From an uncultured Bifidobacteriaceae bacterium (lineage in GTDB: Bacteria > Actinomycetota > Acidimicrobiia > IMCC26256 > PALSA-555), in NCBI GenBank assembly GCA_964555735.1, contig CAZKTS010000129.1:624-64623 (forward strand): a stretch of DNA of 64,000 nt, written 5' to 3'. The position numbers and the translations under genes are program-made. The notes below the pieces were generated by a model. That model did no database searches, was not told where the DNA came from, and saw only the letters and a program-made list of their open reading frames with translations. This document shows positions 61,913-64,000 of this stretch, one piece after another. How positions within the stretch are numbered: the first letter of the stretch is position 1; every line of letters begins with the position of its first letter.

Positions 61913-62353
61913 CTACTGGACGACGATCGTGCCCTTCATGCCAGCAGCGCGGTGTCCTTCGACGGTGCACCAGAACTTGTAGGTGCCGGGCTCCTCGATC
62001 ATGAGACCGCCCTTCTTGGTCTTCTTCGCCTTCGCGCCGACGACATGGCCGGTGCCCTTTACGAAGAAGTCATGGAACAAGTCCTTCGACGACAGGACGA
62101 TGGTCACATCTTCGCCCGCGCCGACCGTGATCTCGTTCGGCTTGAAGCGAAAGCGTCCTGCTGTTACGTCGATCTCTCGCGCGCCGGTGGCCGTCGGAGT
62201 GTTCGTGTGGCTGCTTCCGCCGCCGCCGTGTTCGTCCATGCCGCCGTGGTCATCCATGCTCCCACCATGTCCGCCGTCTTCTCCTGCGAAGGCTGCGACA
62301 GGTGCGAACGTCGCGGTTGTCGCGATCGCGATCGCGATGAGAATCCTCTTCAT
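61913..62353 (-). CDS. Secreted cupredoxin (plastocyanin/azurin-like) copper protein with His/Met-rich N-terminal region
   Basis: Signal peptide MKRILIAIAIATTATFAPVAAFA. GHGGSMDDHGGMDEHGGGG. Type-1 Cu ligands H...C-x4-H-x4-M (FWCTVEGHRAAGM). AAGGAG SD. Confidence 0.8.
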   Translation of the reverse strand: MKRILIAIAIATTATFAPVAAFAGEDGGHGGSMDDHGGMDEHGGGGSSHTNTPTATGAREIDVTAGRFRFKPNEITVGAGEDVTIVLSSKDLFHDFFVKGTGHVVGAKAKKTKKGGLMIEEPGTYKFWCTVEGHRAAGMKGTIVVQ

Positions 62354-62401
62354 GTCGATCTCCTTTGAGATGAGGCCGAGTGTCAAGTCATCTCGAAGAG
62401 A

Positions 62402-62773
62402 TCAACAGCGCATCGCGACTCCGAGAAGGGTTGCGTCTGGGGATCGACCTACGGGCGTTGGGCGGGTGGCTCTCGGCCCGATCGAACCGCGCCATACCGC
62501 TCGCGGTTGGCGCAGTCGCAGGAAGAGTCGCTTGCACGCCGCGACGACGATCCCGGCGGCGATGATCCAGAGGCAGAGCTCGCCGACCGTGTGCATTGCA
62601 TTGGGCTCGTGGCCGCCGCTGTCATGGGAGTCTGCGCCGAGAGCGTCGACTGTTGTTGCCACGGAATCGTGCATTCCGCTGGCGGTCGCCGTAGAGAGAC
62701 CGTGCATGCTGAGCACGCCGGCAGCGAGCACGACGATGAGGAAAGCGCGTCGGAGCCGGATCGACGACAACAT
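62402..62773 (-). CDS. Small membrane protein (DUF6153-like, frequently copper-locus associated)
   Basis: 123 aa. N-terminal TM with LSMHGL, a His-rich middle and a second TM. Confidence 0.5.
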   Translation of the reverse strand: MLSSIRLRRAFLIVVLAAGVLSMHGLSTATASGMHDSVATTVDALGADSHDSGGHEPNAMHTVGELCLWIIAAGIVVAACKRLFLRLRQPRAVWRGSIGPRATRPTPVGRSPDATLLGVAMRC

Positions 62774-62831
62774 GTAGGAGAGCCTATCGCCCTACAAGCC
62801 TCCGGTTCGACGCGGATGCGAGACTCGAGGC

Positions 62832-63497
62832 ATGGCAGATGATGCAAGCGAGGGCGCGGTGCTCTTCGCCGACCTGTCAGGGTTCACGGCGCTCACCGAG
62901 GCGCACGGTGATGGCGCCGCGGCAGACATCGCGGATCGTTTCTCCCGCCTCGCCTCCTCCGTGATCGGAGGCGATGGCCGGGTGGTGAAGACGATCGGCG
63001 ACGCTGTCATGGTCGCGACGGCTGACAGCCGGAGCGGCCTGAAAGTCGCGGTTGCGCTCCTGCACGCGGTCGATGCGGAGCCGGCCTTCCCGGGCGTGCG
63101 AATCGGGGCGCACGCCGGTCCTGTGGTCGAGCGTGCGGGCGATCTCTTCGGTGCCACCGTGAACCTTGCTGCTCGGGTCGCAGGGCATGCGCACGTGGGC
63201 CAGGCGCTCGTGACGATGCCGATCGCGAGCTGTGTGAGTCCGCACGATGGCGTTCGAGTCCGTCGCTTGGGTTCCACGTATCTCAGGAACGTCTCGCAGC
63301 CGGTGGAGCTGTTCTCCGTTGAGGATCTCTTCTACGAGCCGCGAGCTCAGGTGTTGGATCCGGTGTGTCGGATGTTCGTCGATGCGGACGAGGCGCCAGC
63401 GCAGTTGCCATGGGCAGATCGTGTGTGGCGCTTCTGCTCGTTCGAATGCGCGCGCGCCTTCAGCGAGGAGCCGGACCGGTACTCCTCACCAGCGTGA
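62832..63497 (+). CDS. Class III adenylate/guanylate cyclase domain fused to a C-terminal YHS (metal-binding) domain
   Basis: VLFADLSGFT and KTIGDAVM metal-binding Asp motifs plus GATVNLAAR. C-terminal DPVCRMFVD...FCSFECARAF is the YHS/TRASH-like signature. Confidence 0.8.
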   Translation: MADDASEGAVLFADLSGFTALTEAHGDGAAADIADRFSRLASSVIGGDGRVVKTIGDAVMVATADSRSGLKVAVALLHAVDAEPAFPGVRIGAHAGPVVERAGDLFGATVNLAARVAGHAHVGQALVTMPIASCVSPHDGVRVRRLGSTYLRNVSQPVELFSVEDLFYEPRAQVLDPVCRMFVDADEAPAQLPWADRVWRFCSFECARAFSEEPDRYSSPA

Positions 63498-63504
63498 AAA
63501 CGAC

Positions 63505-64000
63505 TTAGGCCACCTCGCGCTGAGACGCGAACGCCTCGGCTGGCGGCGGCGCGATCTTGGTGACCTCCGTGCCGGGATCCGGAAGATGGAGTCGCTTCAA
63601 CATCAGCGCGTTGACGGCGACGATGAAGCTCGAACCCGACATGCTGAGTGCGGCAATTTCGGGACGGAGAACGAGCCCGAACATCGGGTCGAACACGCCA
63701 GCCGCGATTGGAAGCGCGATCGCGTTGTAACCGATTGCCCAGCCGAGGTTCTGGCGCATCTTCCGCAGAGTGCCTCGACCAATGCTGAGCGCTGTTGGGA
63801 TGTCGAGGGGGTCGGAGCGCATGAGTACGACGTCGGCAGTCTCGATCGCGACATCAGTACCCGCGCCGATGGCGATGCCGAGGTCGGCCTGCGCGAGGGC
63901 TGGTGCGTCGTTGACGCCGTCGCCGACCATCGCAACCTTTGAGCCGTCGCGTTGGAGCTCTGCGATCTTGGCGGCCTTGTCGCCCGGCAGAACCTCCGCA
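63505..64000 (-). CDS. Heavy-metal (copper) P1B-type ATPase, C-terminal part (gene continues beyond the window)
   Basis: [37 protein letters not shown]. The reading frame stays open to position 64000 (…[27 protein letters not shown]). Confidence 0.9.
   Translation of the reverse strand, partial: AEVLPGDKAAKIAELQRDGSKVAMVGDGVNDAPALAQADLGIAIGAGTDVAIETADVVLMRSDPLDIPTALSIGRGTLRKMRQNLGWAIGYNAIALPIAAGVFDPMFGLVLRPEIAALSMSGSSFIVAVNALMLKRLHLPDPGTEVTKIAPPPAEAFASQREVA

Noticed and set aside
1-64000. CRISPR arrays, rRNA genes, IS elements
   Set aside because: No regularly spaced direct repeats, rRNA-like conserved blocks or transposase-like ORFs were seen on either strand.

Overview
High-GC (about 70% by eye) Actinomycetota-like chromosomal segment. 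It is densely coded, and many long shadow ORFs in the six-frame track were ignored. No rRNA, canonical tRNA, CRISPR array, integrase or transposase was recognised.

- **1-22.8 kb, stress/anaerobiosis block:** P2-like P-type ATPase, DsbA-like protein, EF-hand-like micro-protein, PRTase/hydrolase fusion and CBS-M50 protease. A long arginine-deiminase operon follows (permease-arcA-arcC-Zn-ADH-GNAT/NDP-forming acyl-CoA synthetase). The block also holds a PAS/HisKA_3 kinase, DUF1918, an APH/P-loop kinase fusion, a PNPOx-like protein, an Idi-polyprenyl synthase fusion and PfpI. The gene set recalls the mycobacterial DevR/DosR regulon. Three promoters share a GGGAC-N4-GACCC box.
- **23-29 kb, efflux/modification cluster:** includes a DMT transporter with a His-rich tail.
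- **29-31 kb and 58-62 kb, mosaic accessory DNA:** the most unusual signal is a ~165-nt element present three times (two well conserved, one decayed). It has an AGTAGGGA-N4-AGTAGGGA direct repeat, an acceptor-like helix and a canonical tRNA T-arm/3' half. Each copy lies directly after a minus-strand gene. Copies are associated with paralogous Arg-rich Cys/His proteins, a Phd/Doc pair and a lower-GC four-gene cassette (PIN-like plus nuclease-like proteins).
- **31-58 kb, between the two conserved elements:** metabolic genes including a DeoR-rhaB-rhaI-rhaEW rhamnose operon, a GH78 rhamnosidase, and a Liv-type ABC importer with an MFS-ATPase fusion and a LivH-LivM-LivG fusion.
- **61.9-64 kb, copper locus:** cupredoxin, an adenylate cyclase-YHS fusion and a partial Cu-ATPase.
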